Origin: Planctomycetota bacterium
GTDB taxonomy: Bacteria; Planctomycetota; UBA8108; SXIK01
DNA: 64,000 nt
NCBI GenBank assembly: GCA_965223845.1
Contig: CBDCXR010000004.1
Coordinates: 896,001 to 960,000 of the forward strand
Direction: 5' to 3'
Shown: piece by piece, positions 51,781 to 61,800 of the stretch
Layout: every line of letters begins with the position of its first letter
How positions within the stretch are numbered: position 1 is the stretch's first letter
The notes under the pieces: generated by a model
Databases searched by the model: none
The model's input: only the letters and a program-made list of their open reading frames with translations
Told to the model about the DNA's origin: nothing
Program-made: the position numbers and the translations under genes

Positions 51781-54165
51781 TCACTGGCAGCTCACGTTCG
51801 TCGCGCATCCGAGAGCCGCGTCCACCGGGAAGCAGCCGTGGCCTTGCGCAAGACACGCCTCGCCTTGGAAGAGGAAGCGCGCGAGCGTGACGAGGTCGGC
51901 GATCGACCCCGCACCGTCACCCGACACATCGACGACCGCGAGGGTACCTTCCGGGCTTGCGCACGGGGGCACCGCGGCATCGCCGAGAATGAGGAACCCG
52001 GGGAAGAGGAGCCGGACACCGCAGATGATGTCGCTGATGTTGCGCTCACCGTCTTGGTTGCAGTCGCCCGCGAGCTGGCTGACGAGCTCTGGACACGGGT
52101 CGCCGAAGGCCTCCTTCGCCGCGATCGTCGCGGTGAACGTCGTACCGTCGGCGCCGTCGTTGATCGCATCGAGGCCGCCCGTCGCGAGGTTCCCCGCGCC
52201 GTCCGGATCGATCGCGAAGTCGACGATATCACCGACGGCCAAGGTCGTGTCCACCGCGTAAGGAACGGCGTTCCCGTCGGTGAGCATCTCCGCGATCTGC
52301 GTCCCGTTGACGAAGATCCGGCAGACGGTGCCGTCGCCGCCCGCGCTCGCGTTGTTCGCGACGCCGGAGATCTGAACGAGCCCGTCGTGCGTGCTCGTCC
52401 AGCGCCGCATCGCCCAGTGGACGTCGGGGTCCGTCTGGCCGTTCGCCGCCGGATGCCCGCCGGCGGCGCTGATCTCGGTCCACGGACCGTGGCTCACCGG
52501 CGCGCCGTTCGCGAGAAGGTCCCACTTGGTTCCGTCCCAGTGGTTCGCGGACGATTTCCAGCCTCCGACTTCCGGGTCGGCGCTGACGACGTCGCTTCCG
52601 TCGTTGAGGAAGAGGACGAAGTCACTCGTGTCGAACTGGCCGTTTTGGTTCTCGCCGTCGTCGCGGGCGTCGTAGTAGCCGTACTCCCAGCCGTTCTCGC
52701 CCTGAGTTCCCGTCGCCGACCAATCGGCCTGGGAATCGGCGATGGTCTGGAGGTTCGCGGCTTCGCACGGAATCTCGGGGTTGATCGCGAGGAACGTGAA
52801 GGATCCGTCCGCGCCGTCCGACGGATTGCCGTCGACGCCGACCGGTGTGAGGGCGAGGTCGACGATCGAGTTCGCCGAGAGATTCGTGTAATGGACGCGA
52901 TGCACGCCGGCCGGCGAGTTCGTCGCCACGCGGTCGATCTCGACGCCGTCGATGAAGAGGATCGCCGTCGTTCCTTGACCGCCCGTATTCTGGGCGCGGA
53001 CGGCCCAGTTGATTCCCACCGTCTGCTCGGCCGGCTCCGCCGGCGCCTGGTAGCGGCGGATCACCCAATGCTCGCCGCCGTTGTTGTCGCCGTTCGGGTG
53101 GACGAAGTCCTCGCGTAGGGTCGTCCAGGGCGCGTTCGTCGGCACGAGACGCCACTGTCCGTTCGGACCCTGATCCGCGCGCCAGTGATCTTCGAAGACG
53201 AACGGCATGAAGTCGCCGACCGCGTAGCCCTCTTCGGCATCCTCGCCAGGCACGTAGTAGCCGTTCGTCCAGCCGTTCGCGCCCTGCTCGCTGGAGAAAT
53301 CGATGGCCGAGTTCGGGTCACCGTCGCAGGCGTCGCCGTCGCCGTCGCCGTCGAAGTCGGCCTGGCCGGGATTCGCCACGCCGGGACAGTTGTCGCAGGC
53401 GTCGCCGAGACCGTCCGAGTCGGTGTCGGCCTGGTCGTCATTGCAGATCGTGGGGCAGTTGTCGATCGTGTCTGGCGTGCCGTCGCCGTCGGAGTCGAGG
53501 ATTTCGGTGTCCACCCAGAGCCGATTCCGCGAGCCGTCGCAGCCGTCGGTGAGGTCGGCGTCGGGGCCTGGGCTGAGGACGAGATCGACCACCTGGCCGG
53601 CGCTGAGACTGTAGACGAATCCCTTCGTGAAGCCCTCGCCGTCAGCGGCGCCGATCGAGACATCGTCCTCAATGACGCCGTCGACCAAGACGATGCCGCG
53701 AACGCCGTTGCCGCAGTTGACGTTCGCCTTCGACATCGACCAGAAGATCGTGACGTCGCCGGTGTGGTCGCTGGTCCAGCGCCTCACCGTGAGGTGGATT
53801 CCCCACGGGTCGGCGTTGTTCGAACCGTTCGGGTGGGTGTCCGTCTTGTTCATGAAGGTCCACGGCGCGGACGCTTCGCTCGTGAGATCGTAGACCTCAC
53901 CCGTCCAGTGGTTCCCGTCGGGTGCGACTCCGTCGGCCGGATCGCCGCGCGTAAACGGAATGAACTGCGCGGCATCGACCGACGCATTCACGTATCCGAA
54001 CGACCACTCGCCTGGCGCCGGTACCTCCGCCTGATTCTGCGGCGCGTCCCAGCCCGTCTCCGAGTCGGCGATGATGTCCGCCCGAACCGGAGTTGCGACG
54101 AGCGCGACCGCTAGCGCGACTCCGAGACCGGCGAGACGAAACAGATTTCGTGTACCCATAGTCAT
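51781..54165 (-). CDS. Secreted protein: three Trp-rich repeat domains + TSP3 Ca-binding repeats + dockerin-like tail
   Basis: GGAGG RBS, signal peptide (..VRA-D); DSDGDG..D..DNCP..N..Q.D TSP3 repeats; C-terminal AGDCNQDG..ISD..LF..C...DVSGDG. Confidence 0.85.
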   Translation of the reverse strand: MTMGTRNLFRLAGLGVALAVALVATPVRADIIADSETGWDAPQNQAEVPAPGEWSFGYVNASVDAAQFIPFTRGDPADGVAPDGNHWTGEVYDLTSEASAPWTFMNKTDTHPNGSNNADPWGIHLTVRRWTSDHTGDVTIFWSMSKANVNCGNGVRGIVLVDGVIEDDVSIGAADGEGFTKGFVYSLSAGQVVDLVLSPGPDADLTDGCDGSRNRLWVDTEILDSDGDGTPDTIDNCPTICNDDQADTDSDGLGDACDNCPGVANPGQADFDGDGDGDACDGDPNSAIDFSSEQGANGWTNGYYVPGEDAEEGYAVGDFMPFVFEDHWRADQGPNGQWRLVPTNAPWTTLREDFVHPNGDNNGGEHWVIRRYQAPAEPAEQTVGINWAVRAQNTGGQGTTAILFIDGVEIDRVATNSPAGVHRVHYTNLSANSIVDLALTPVGVDGNPSDGADGSFTFLAINPEIPCEAANLQTIADSQADWSATGTQGENGWEYGYYDARDDGENQNGQFDTSDFVLFLNDGSDVVSADPEVGGWKSSANHWDGTKWDLLANGAPVSHGPWTEISAAGGHPAANGQTDPDVHWAMRRWTSTHDGLVQISGVANNASAGGDGTVCRIFVNGTQIAEMLTDGNAVPYAVDTTLAVGDIVDFAIDPDGAGNLATGGLDAINDGADGTTFTATIAAKEAFGDPCPELVSQLAGDCNQDGERNISDIICGVRLLFPGFLILGDAAVPPCASPEGTLAVVDVSGDGAGSIADLVTLARFLFQGEACLAQGHGCFPVDAALGCATNVSCQ

Positions 54166-54542
54166 TGCACCTCCCAGCGCAACATGAGCGTCAACCCTCT
54201 GCGGGAGCCAAGGAGCGCCCGCTTTCCTCGCTACGGGCGCTTCTGCGCCCCCGTTCATTGTTCCTAGCCGCGAGCACACGAGCCGCTCTCGTCTCCGGTC
54301 ACTCGGATGGAGAACGTGCTCGATGAGGCGCGTTGGCGACGTGAATCGTGGATGAATCCACACCCTGAAGCTGCTCGGCGAATCCTCCGAGCGTCCACTT
54401 TCGACCCGTCGATTGTCATCATGGCGTCCGGGGATTTCTACAAAAAGGGCCGGCCGCGTCCGTTTTCCGCGCGCGTTTGGGGGCGGTACGGGTGCCGGTC
54501 GTGATCGGACTCCCGGCGGAGTCGTCTTGCGCCAGGTCCGAC

Positions 54543-57500
54543 TCACTCCGCGGCGAGCGGCTCGCGGTGAGGACGATTTGCCTCGTAGCCGGCGATGCGG
54601 TCGCGGACGGTCTCGGCGAGCGCGTCACCGGACCGCTGCTCGGCGATGGCGAGAGCCCGCCGGGCAAAGCGGAGCGCGGCTGCGAAATCACCCGCCTCGG
54701 CGTACGCCGCGCCGAGCGTGTCGAGGGGCCCGGCCGAGGAGTAGCGCGTGGCGCTCGCCGCCGTCTCGGCGTGTCGAACCGCTGCGCGACCGTCGCGAAT
54801 CGCCGCGTCGGGATGGGTCGCGAGCAACCAAGCGAGATCGTTGGCGGCGCGGTGAAGATCGGCTCTGAGTCGAAGGGCGCTTTCGTACTCGGCGATCGCA
54901 GCTCGGGCGTCGCCCGATCGGCGGAGCACTCCTCCGAGCGCGTAGTGAACGTCCGGTTGCCCGCCGTACTTCTCGAGTGTGGTGCGGAGGTGCGCGACCG
55001 CGGCGGCGCGATCGCCGCTTGCCTCGAGCGCGCCGCCGAGGTCGATCACCGCCGGAACGAGCTGCGGGTGGTAGGAGAGCGCCGCACGGAAGGACGACGC
55101 CGCGGCAAGATGATCGCCGCCTCGGACCGCGATCTGTCCGAGCAGATGGTGAACGTCGGCGAGCCGACGATTGCGTGCCGTCCCTTCGGGCGACGCCGCG
55201 CTCGGCGGGCCGGGATCCTCGGCGAGAAACTGCTCGAGGATCGCGCGCGCGTCCTCCGGGTACTCGCCCTCGAGATACGTGCGCGCGAGTGAGATCACGT
55301 TCGACACGAACGCGTCACCCGCCCAAATTCCCGGGAACGGCACCGAGAGATCGCGGAGCTCCTTGCCGCTCGCCGCGAGAGTCTTCGCATCGGCGAGAAT
55401 CTGGTCCTTTTCCACCGCTCCCTTGTAGACGACGGCGAGCCGTCGCTCGGCGTCGAGGAGGAAGCTCGACGGGAGCGGGAGCTGTCGCTCCCGGTAGATC
55501 GCAGCCTGCTGCAGGCCGTCGAGCGTCTCGACGAGAGCTTTGGGACCGATCCCCGCCGCGAACTCGACTCCGAGACGAGCGAGCATCGCGCGCGGTTTCG
55601 CCGGGTCGGTGGGCTCGCGCAGGCCGTCGACGTTGAGCGCGAGGAGAGCAATCCCCGCGGCCTCGAGCTCCTTCGCGGCCCCGGCGAGTGCGCGGAGCTC
55701 GACCGCGCAGGGACTGCACCAGGTTGCCCAGAGGAGAAGGAGCGTCGGTCGCGCCGGGAGGTTCGCGAGGGAAATCTCCCGACCGTCGAAACTCTCGTAG
55801 GCTCCGTCGACCTTCGGGCGATCCGACAGCCGGATGCGCGCCGCGTCGGTGAGCGGCGCTCCTTTTGGCGTCGATGAAGCTAGAGGAGAAGGCGGCTGGT
55901 TCGGCTCGACGGCTTCCGCTACTCCCGTCCCTTCCCGCAGACGGTGACGCGATCCGATCGCGACGCCGGTGAACGTCTCGCGGCGTACCGAGCCGGGCCA
56001 GCGGACGACGACGGACTCGACGCCTTCGGCTTCGCCCGTTCCGAAGTAGAGCCACTTTGTCGACTGACTGAGGTAGCCGTCGCCGGCGACCAGCGTCTTC
56101 GCGCGTTTCGCGGGCTCGACCCCGGCGAGCTCGATCTCGACGCGTGCACCGATCGCGTCGCGATTCGTTCCGCGGGCGGGATCGCCGAGGAGTCGGAGCG
56201 CGACGAATCGTCCGCGCGGCGCGGCGTCGTTCCGGAGGAGTCTCACCCGCGGACTCGTGCGTGAGGCGATCCAGAGGTCGACGTCACCGTCGCGGTCCCA
56301 ATCGCTCAGAGCGACCGTACGGCTGTCGTCGATGTGATCGAGTCCCGACGCCGCGGAGACGTCCGCGAACCGCGTGGCGCGCGTGTTGAGAAACGCGCAG
56401 TTTCGTTCCTTTCCGCTGAACGAGCGGCCCTTTCGAATGAGCTGCGCGAGCTCCTGCCACGCGTCCATGTAGCCGTCCAGAGGATCGCCCGCGTCCTCGC
56501 CGGCAGGGGTTTGCGACACGACCTGTCGCCAGTAGAAGCTTCACAAGTCGCCCGTGTCGTCGGGCTGTGTAATGAACCCGTTCGTGACGACGAGATCTTC
56601 CCAGCCGTCTGAGTTGAGATCGACGAACTTCGATCCCCAGGCCCAACGTCCGATGCTGACCGCGCTCGCGACGCTGACGTCCTCGAACGTACCGTCGCCG
56701 CGGTTTTGAAAGAGCGAGTTTCCCCGCGCATGCCGGCGGAGTTGCTTGCGGAATTCGCCCGAGCCGCCGGCGTGAAATCGGCTCTGCGTCGTGATGCGTC
56801 CCCCGGCAGAGGAGAACATGTTGCTGACGTAGAGGTCGGGGCGGCCGTCGTTGTTCGGGTCGCCCCAGCACACGGACATCCCCGGAGAGATGTCCTCGAC
56901 GCCCGCGGTCGCGGCGATGTCGCGAAAGTTCCCGCCGAGATTCTCGTAGAGGTTGTTGCGACCGAAATCGTTCGCGACGTAGAGGTCGAGATCGCCGTCG
57001 CCGTCGAAATCTTCCCACGCCGCCGCGTAGCTGAAGCGGCGATTGTTCTCGTCGAGACCGGCGCTCTTCGTCGCGTGGCGAAAGCGCCAGTTGCCGTCGT
57101 TTCTGAGGAGTACGTTCCGGCCGCCGTTGTTCGCATCGTGGTAGGGGACGGGACGCGCGAAGACGAGGTGACGATTCACTTTCGGCCGGCGGTTGTAGCA
57201 GCAGACGAATAGGTCGAGGTCGCCGTCCGAGTCGTAGTCCGCCGCCGCGAGCGAGTAGGGAATCGCCGCGGGGATGATCTCGGCCGAGCGGACCGCGAAC
57301 CTTCCCGTGCCGTCGCCGCGGCAAAGGTAGACGCCGCTCGAGACTCCGACCGCGAGGTCCTGGTGGCCGTCGCCGTCGAAGTCGACCGCGACTGCGCCGT
57401 GGGTGGAGTCGAGGCAGTTGACTCCCGATTGGGCGGACACGTCGCGAAGCGTGCCATCGGGCGACTGCAAGTAGAGCAGATTCGGCAGCCCACCGGGCTG

Positions 57501-58469
57501 ACAGACGTAGACGTCGTCGCGGTCGTCGCCGTTGAAGTCGGCGACGGCGAGGCCCTGCCAGCCGCCGATGTCGAGACCGTGCCGCGTCTCGATGCGCGCG
57601 GTCCAGTGATCGATCCCCGGGAGAACCTGAGTCGCGTAGCTCGGCGCGTTCGCGAAGACCGCCTCGGTACAGTCGGCGAAGAGTGGAGCCGGGCCTTTGC
57701 CGACCGTCTCCTCGTAATCGACGAGACGGAGCGCGGTGAGCCGGGGACGCTCCGCATCGGCGAGCGCCCAGTGGTGTTCCCACGTTGAGCGAACCTGGAG
57801 GAGGCCGCCCGCGGTTCGTCCGCTCGCTTGGAAATAGCTTTCCGCGCGGGCCGTCGCGCCCGAAATCTCCGTGCGGAAGAGCTTGCTCTTTACGTGCACG
57901 TCCGCGTCGATCGGCCACAACTGCGCGACGCCGGAGAGCACGGACGCGAGGTCCGTAGCGGCGGCCGGGGCGGTGTCGGCCGATCCGCGGCGAACTTCGA
58001 AGGCGGCGTCCGTGAATGCGACTGAGAGCACCGGCGGCCGGAGGGCGGTCACCTCGTAGGACGGCGCGACGAGACCCTGGACCTCGTCGGATCCCACGGC
58101 GCGTCCGCTCGTAGCGAGCGCCTCGAGCTCGTGGAGGCGATCCGCGATCGAGGCGCCCACGACTTCGCTCGTCCACCCGTCTCGATCGGCGGGTTCCGCC
58201 GGCGGTGCGTCCGGCACGCCGGAGATCACGGCGGGTGGCTCGTCGGGCGCGGTAGCCACCGACGTCTGGTTTGCCGTTCCCGGCGACGGCGCCGTCGCCG
58301 GAGAGGGGTCCGAGGACGGCGAGCACGCGGACCCGAAGATCGCCCAGGCGGCTAGGGCGATGGTCGCGAGACCGCTTCGGATCGCCACCGGACGGCGCCA
58401 GCCCGCAAACGCGCGCCCGACGGCTCCGGAAGGTTCTCTATTCCCTTGGAAAAGCACAAATCGAATCAT
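54543..58469 (-). CDS. Predicted single ~1308-aa selenoprotein: lipoprotein signal, FG-GAP propeller, ASPIC/UnbV, TlpA-like thioredoxin (WCSPC), TPRs; UGA at 56541-56543 proposed as Sec
   Basis: Two ORFs (56541..58499 and 54543..56519) share a frame; translation across the gap reads DDTGDL*SFYWRQVVSQTP; six FG-GAP repeats precede the UGA and the seventh follows it; SECIS-like hairpin 11 nt downstream. Both halves are clearly coding; the fusion is inferred. Confidence 0.75.
56513..56529 (-). promoter_or_regulatory. Putative bacterial SECIS element
   Basis: UGA-AGCUUCUACUG-GCGACA-GGUCG-UGUCGC: 11-nt spacer, perfect 6-bp stem, loop beginning GGU; shares CAGGUC with the E. coli fdhF SECIS apex. 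Confidence 0.7.
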
Positions 58470-58812
58470 AAGATTGCGATCCGACGGGTCGGTCGACATC
58501 GGGTTCTCACCGCGTACTGAGTTTCATCGCGAGAGCGTGCTCTCGACGGGTCGAAGTCCGGCGGCGAGGCGGCGCTTTCGCTGCGTTTCGTCTCGGGCTC
58601 GGGTGCGTGGCAAGCAGGCGGACCGTCGCTCTCGGAGGATCGTGAAGAGAAAACCACCGTGCGGAGTCGGGGCTGCGAACGCAGGCTGTACTTCGTCTCG
58701 CCGGGGCGCTGTCGCTCGGCTCGATGCGGCCGCCTCGGTTCCGGCCATCCCGGCATCCGCGACGGCGCGGCGATCGGCGGGGATTACCGTTTCACCACAA
58801 GAATCATCGTTC

Positions 58813-61800
58813 ATGCTCGAGCTTAGACGACCTCGCGGGCAGTTGCGACGGCGTACCCAACAGATTGTGTCCGGCGGTCGGCGGCGGTCGAACGGGAGAC
58901 GATCTCTCTGGTTCGTACTCGGCGTGCCCGCAGTGGTGCTCGTGAGCTTCGGTTCTCGACCGGTGCACGCAGATATCATCGCCGACTCGTCCGCCGATTG
59001 GTCGACCACCGGGACTCAGGGCGCCGGCGGCTGGTTTCACGGGTACTACAACCGCTCCACCGACGGGAACGGAACTTACCAGACGGGGGACTTCACGGCG
59101 TACACGAACTCCGCCGGCGCGGGAGGGGGAGCGGTCAGCCCCGACGGGAATCACTGGACCGGCTCGGCGTGGGACCTTCTCGACGAGGCATCCGGACCGT
59201 GGACGTTCTCCGCGTCCGAGGCGACCCATCCGAACGGGACGAACAACGGCGACGAGCACTGGACCATCCGGCGGTGGGTCAGCGACTTCGACGGCCCCGT
59301 GACGATCGGCTGGTCGACCGCGAAGTCGAACACGAACTGCGGGAACGGCGTCGGGGCACGCCTCTACTTGAACGGAGCTCTCATCGATTCGGCGGCGATC
59401 GGCTCGGGCGATGGGACCGGTGTCACCCGAGAGCTCGACCGCACGATTTCTGCCGGTGACGTCATCGATCTCGCGCTCACGCCTACGGGGCCGGACGGCT
59501 CGCCGAGCGATGGCTGCGACGGCTCGATCAATCGGCTTTGGATCGACGATCTCGTGAGCGATCTCGACGACGACGGGGTTCTCGACGGAGACGACAATTG
59601 CCCGCGCGATCCGAATCCCGGGCAAGCGGACGGCGACTCCGACGGCGTCGGCGACGTCTGCGACAACTGCGTCGACGAGCCCAATGAAGACCAGCGCGAT
59701 CGCGATCGGGACGGACTCGGCGACGCCTGTGACGAACCGCTGACACCCGATCATTTCGACGTCGTCATCAGTGAGATCCACTACAACCCGGACGACGGGA
59801 GCGAGCTCGAGTTCGTCGAGTTCTTCAACGCGGCCGACGCGGCGCTCGATCTAACCGGCTGGTCGATGACGGGCGCGGTGCGCTTCGTGTTTCCCGACGG
59901 AGCGTCGATCCCGCCGGGCGGGCACGTCGTCGTCTGCCGGAATTCCGGTGTGCTTTCGAGCACTTTCGGCCTCGATCGCACCGCGCTCTTCGAATGGGTC
60001 GCGGCGGCGCTCGACAACGATGGGGAGGAAGTCGTCCTCCTCGACGCGACGGGAGCGATCGTCGATTCCGTGCGCTACGACGATTCCTTGCCGTGGGATA
60101 TCGACGCCGACGGAGACGGCCCCTCGCTGCAGCGACTCTGCGTCGAAGGGGAATCCGAGAATCCGCAGAACTGGCTCGCAGACATCGGAAGCCCGCCGAC
60201 GCCGATGGGGGAAGTTCAGGTGCCGCAGTGTCCGCCGCCCGTTCTCCCGCCGCCCGAGATCGCGATCAACGAGATCTACTACCATCCGCCGGGGGACCAG
60301 GAGGAGCGCGAGTACGTCGAGCTCACCAACACCACGGCAGCGCCGATCGACCTTCTCGGGTACTGCTTCTCGCAAGGGTTCAGTTTCTGCTTCGATACGA
60401 GCACGGTGATCGAGCCGGGCGAGTTTCTCGTCGTTTGCCGCGACGAGGCCGCAGTGAGGAGCGCGTTCGGGATCACGAATACGATCGGGAACTTCGTCGG
60501 GCAGCTCTCGAACAGCGGCGAGCGCATCACGCTCCTCAAGCCGGATGGCACGCTCGCCGATTCCGTGCGTTACCGCGACGAGGACAAATGGAATATCGCG
60601 GCCGATGGGCTCGGATTCAGCCTCGAGAAGTACGTTCCGGACGCGACTTCGGATCAGCCGGCGAGCTGGACGGACAGCGGCGCCGCCGAAGGGGGCGGCG
60701 GTGGAGGCTGGGCGACGGCATCCGTCCGCGGGACCGCGACGAGCGATCGCGTCTACTTCTACATCGAGGGGCCGGGCGAGTTTCTCATCGATGACGTCTC
60801 GCTCGTCAACATCGCCGATCCCGATCGAAATCTGCTTCCGAACGGAGACTTCGACGGCGGAATTGCCGGCTGGAGCGGAAACGGGAACCACTCGGGGAGC
60901 ACCTACAACACCGAGAACGAAGCCCTCCACGTCATCTCGAGCGGAACGGGTACCGGGTCGTCGAACGCGGTTCGAGTCGAGGCGATCGAGGCGCTCGAGC
61001 GCTCGAACGTCACCTACGAGCTGAAGTTTTCGTACTTCCACGTCTCGGGGAGCAACGAGCTGGTGGCTCGGCTTTCGAGCTCGACGCCGAGTCGGGGGAT
61101 CTACTGGGCCCTCGTTGGAGGCGGAGGCGCGGGGAGTGTCAGTCCTGGTGCTCCGAACAACGCGCTGAGCACTGTCGTCCCGCCGTTCGCGACCGGCATC
61201 GGTCGCTTCCCGCGGGAGCCGTTTTCCGACGAAGCCGTCTGGCTCACGACGAAAGTCATCGGCGAGGCGACCGAGGTGGAGCTCGTCGTCGACCTCGACA
61301 CCGGTACGCAGGAGCTCGAGATGTTCGACGACGGCGTATCGAATGACGGAATCGCGGGCGACGGTGTTTACGGAGCGTCGGTCCCGCCGCAGCCGCACCA
61401 CTCGGTGGTGACGTTCAAGATCGTCGCGACGGGGCCCGGCGGACAGCGAACGAGCCCACCGCGCACGGATACGGAGCCCGTGCACGCCTATTACGTGAGC
61501 GACTACCAGCCGCCGTCGGATCTCCCCGTCTACACCATGATCCTTCCGACGAGCAGCCCGAGGTCATGGATCGCCGGTCTCAACTGCTCGACCTACCGCT
61601 CTTGCTCCTTTGCGGTCGGAGGAGACGTCTACTACGACGTCGGCATCCGTCGCCGCGGCGGAAGCGTTTGCGGCGACGGCGACGTGATCAAGAAGTACCT
61701 CAAGATGAAGTTCAACCGTGGGCACGAGTTCAAGGGCGTGCGGCGGATCAACTTCCAGAGCCTCTGGACGGACAAGTCGCTGATTCGGGAGAACCTCGCC

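Noticed and set aside
53315-53500. Short GACGGCGAC-type nucleotide repeats (also 59570-59740 and within the FG-GAP gene)
   Set aside because: These encode Asp/Gly-rich TSP3 and FG-GAP calcium loops; not a CRISPR array or DNA-level repeat.
56541-56543. UGA reassigned genome-wide (Trp/Gly code) as an explanation for the split gene
   Set aside because: Many clearly complete genes here (metH, cysD, apbC, glgA) end in TGA, so UGA is a normal stop in this genome.
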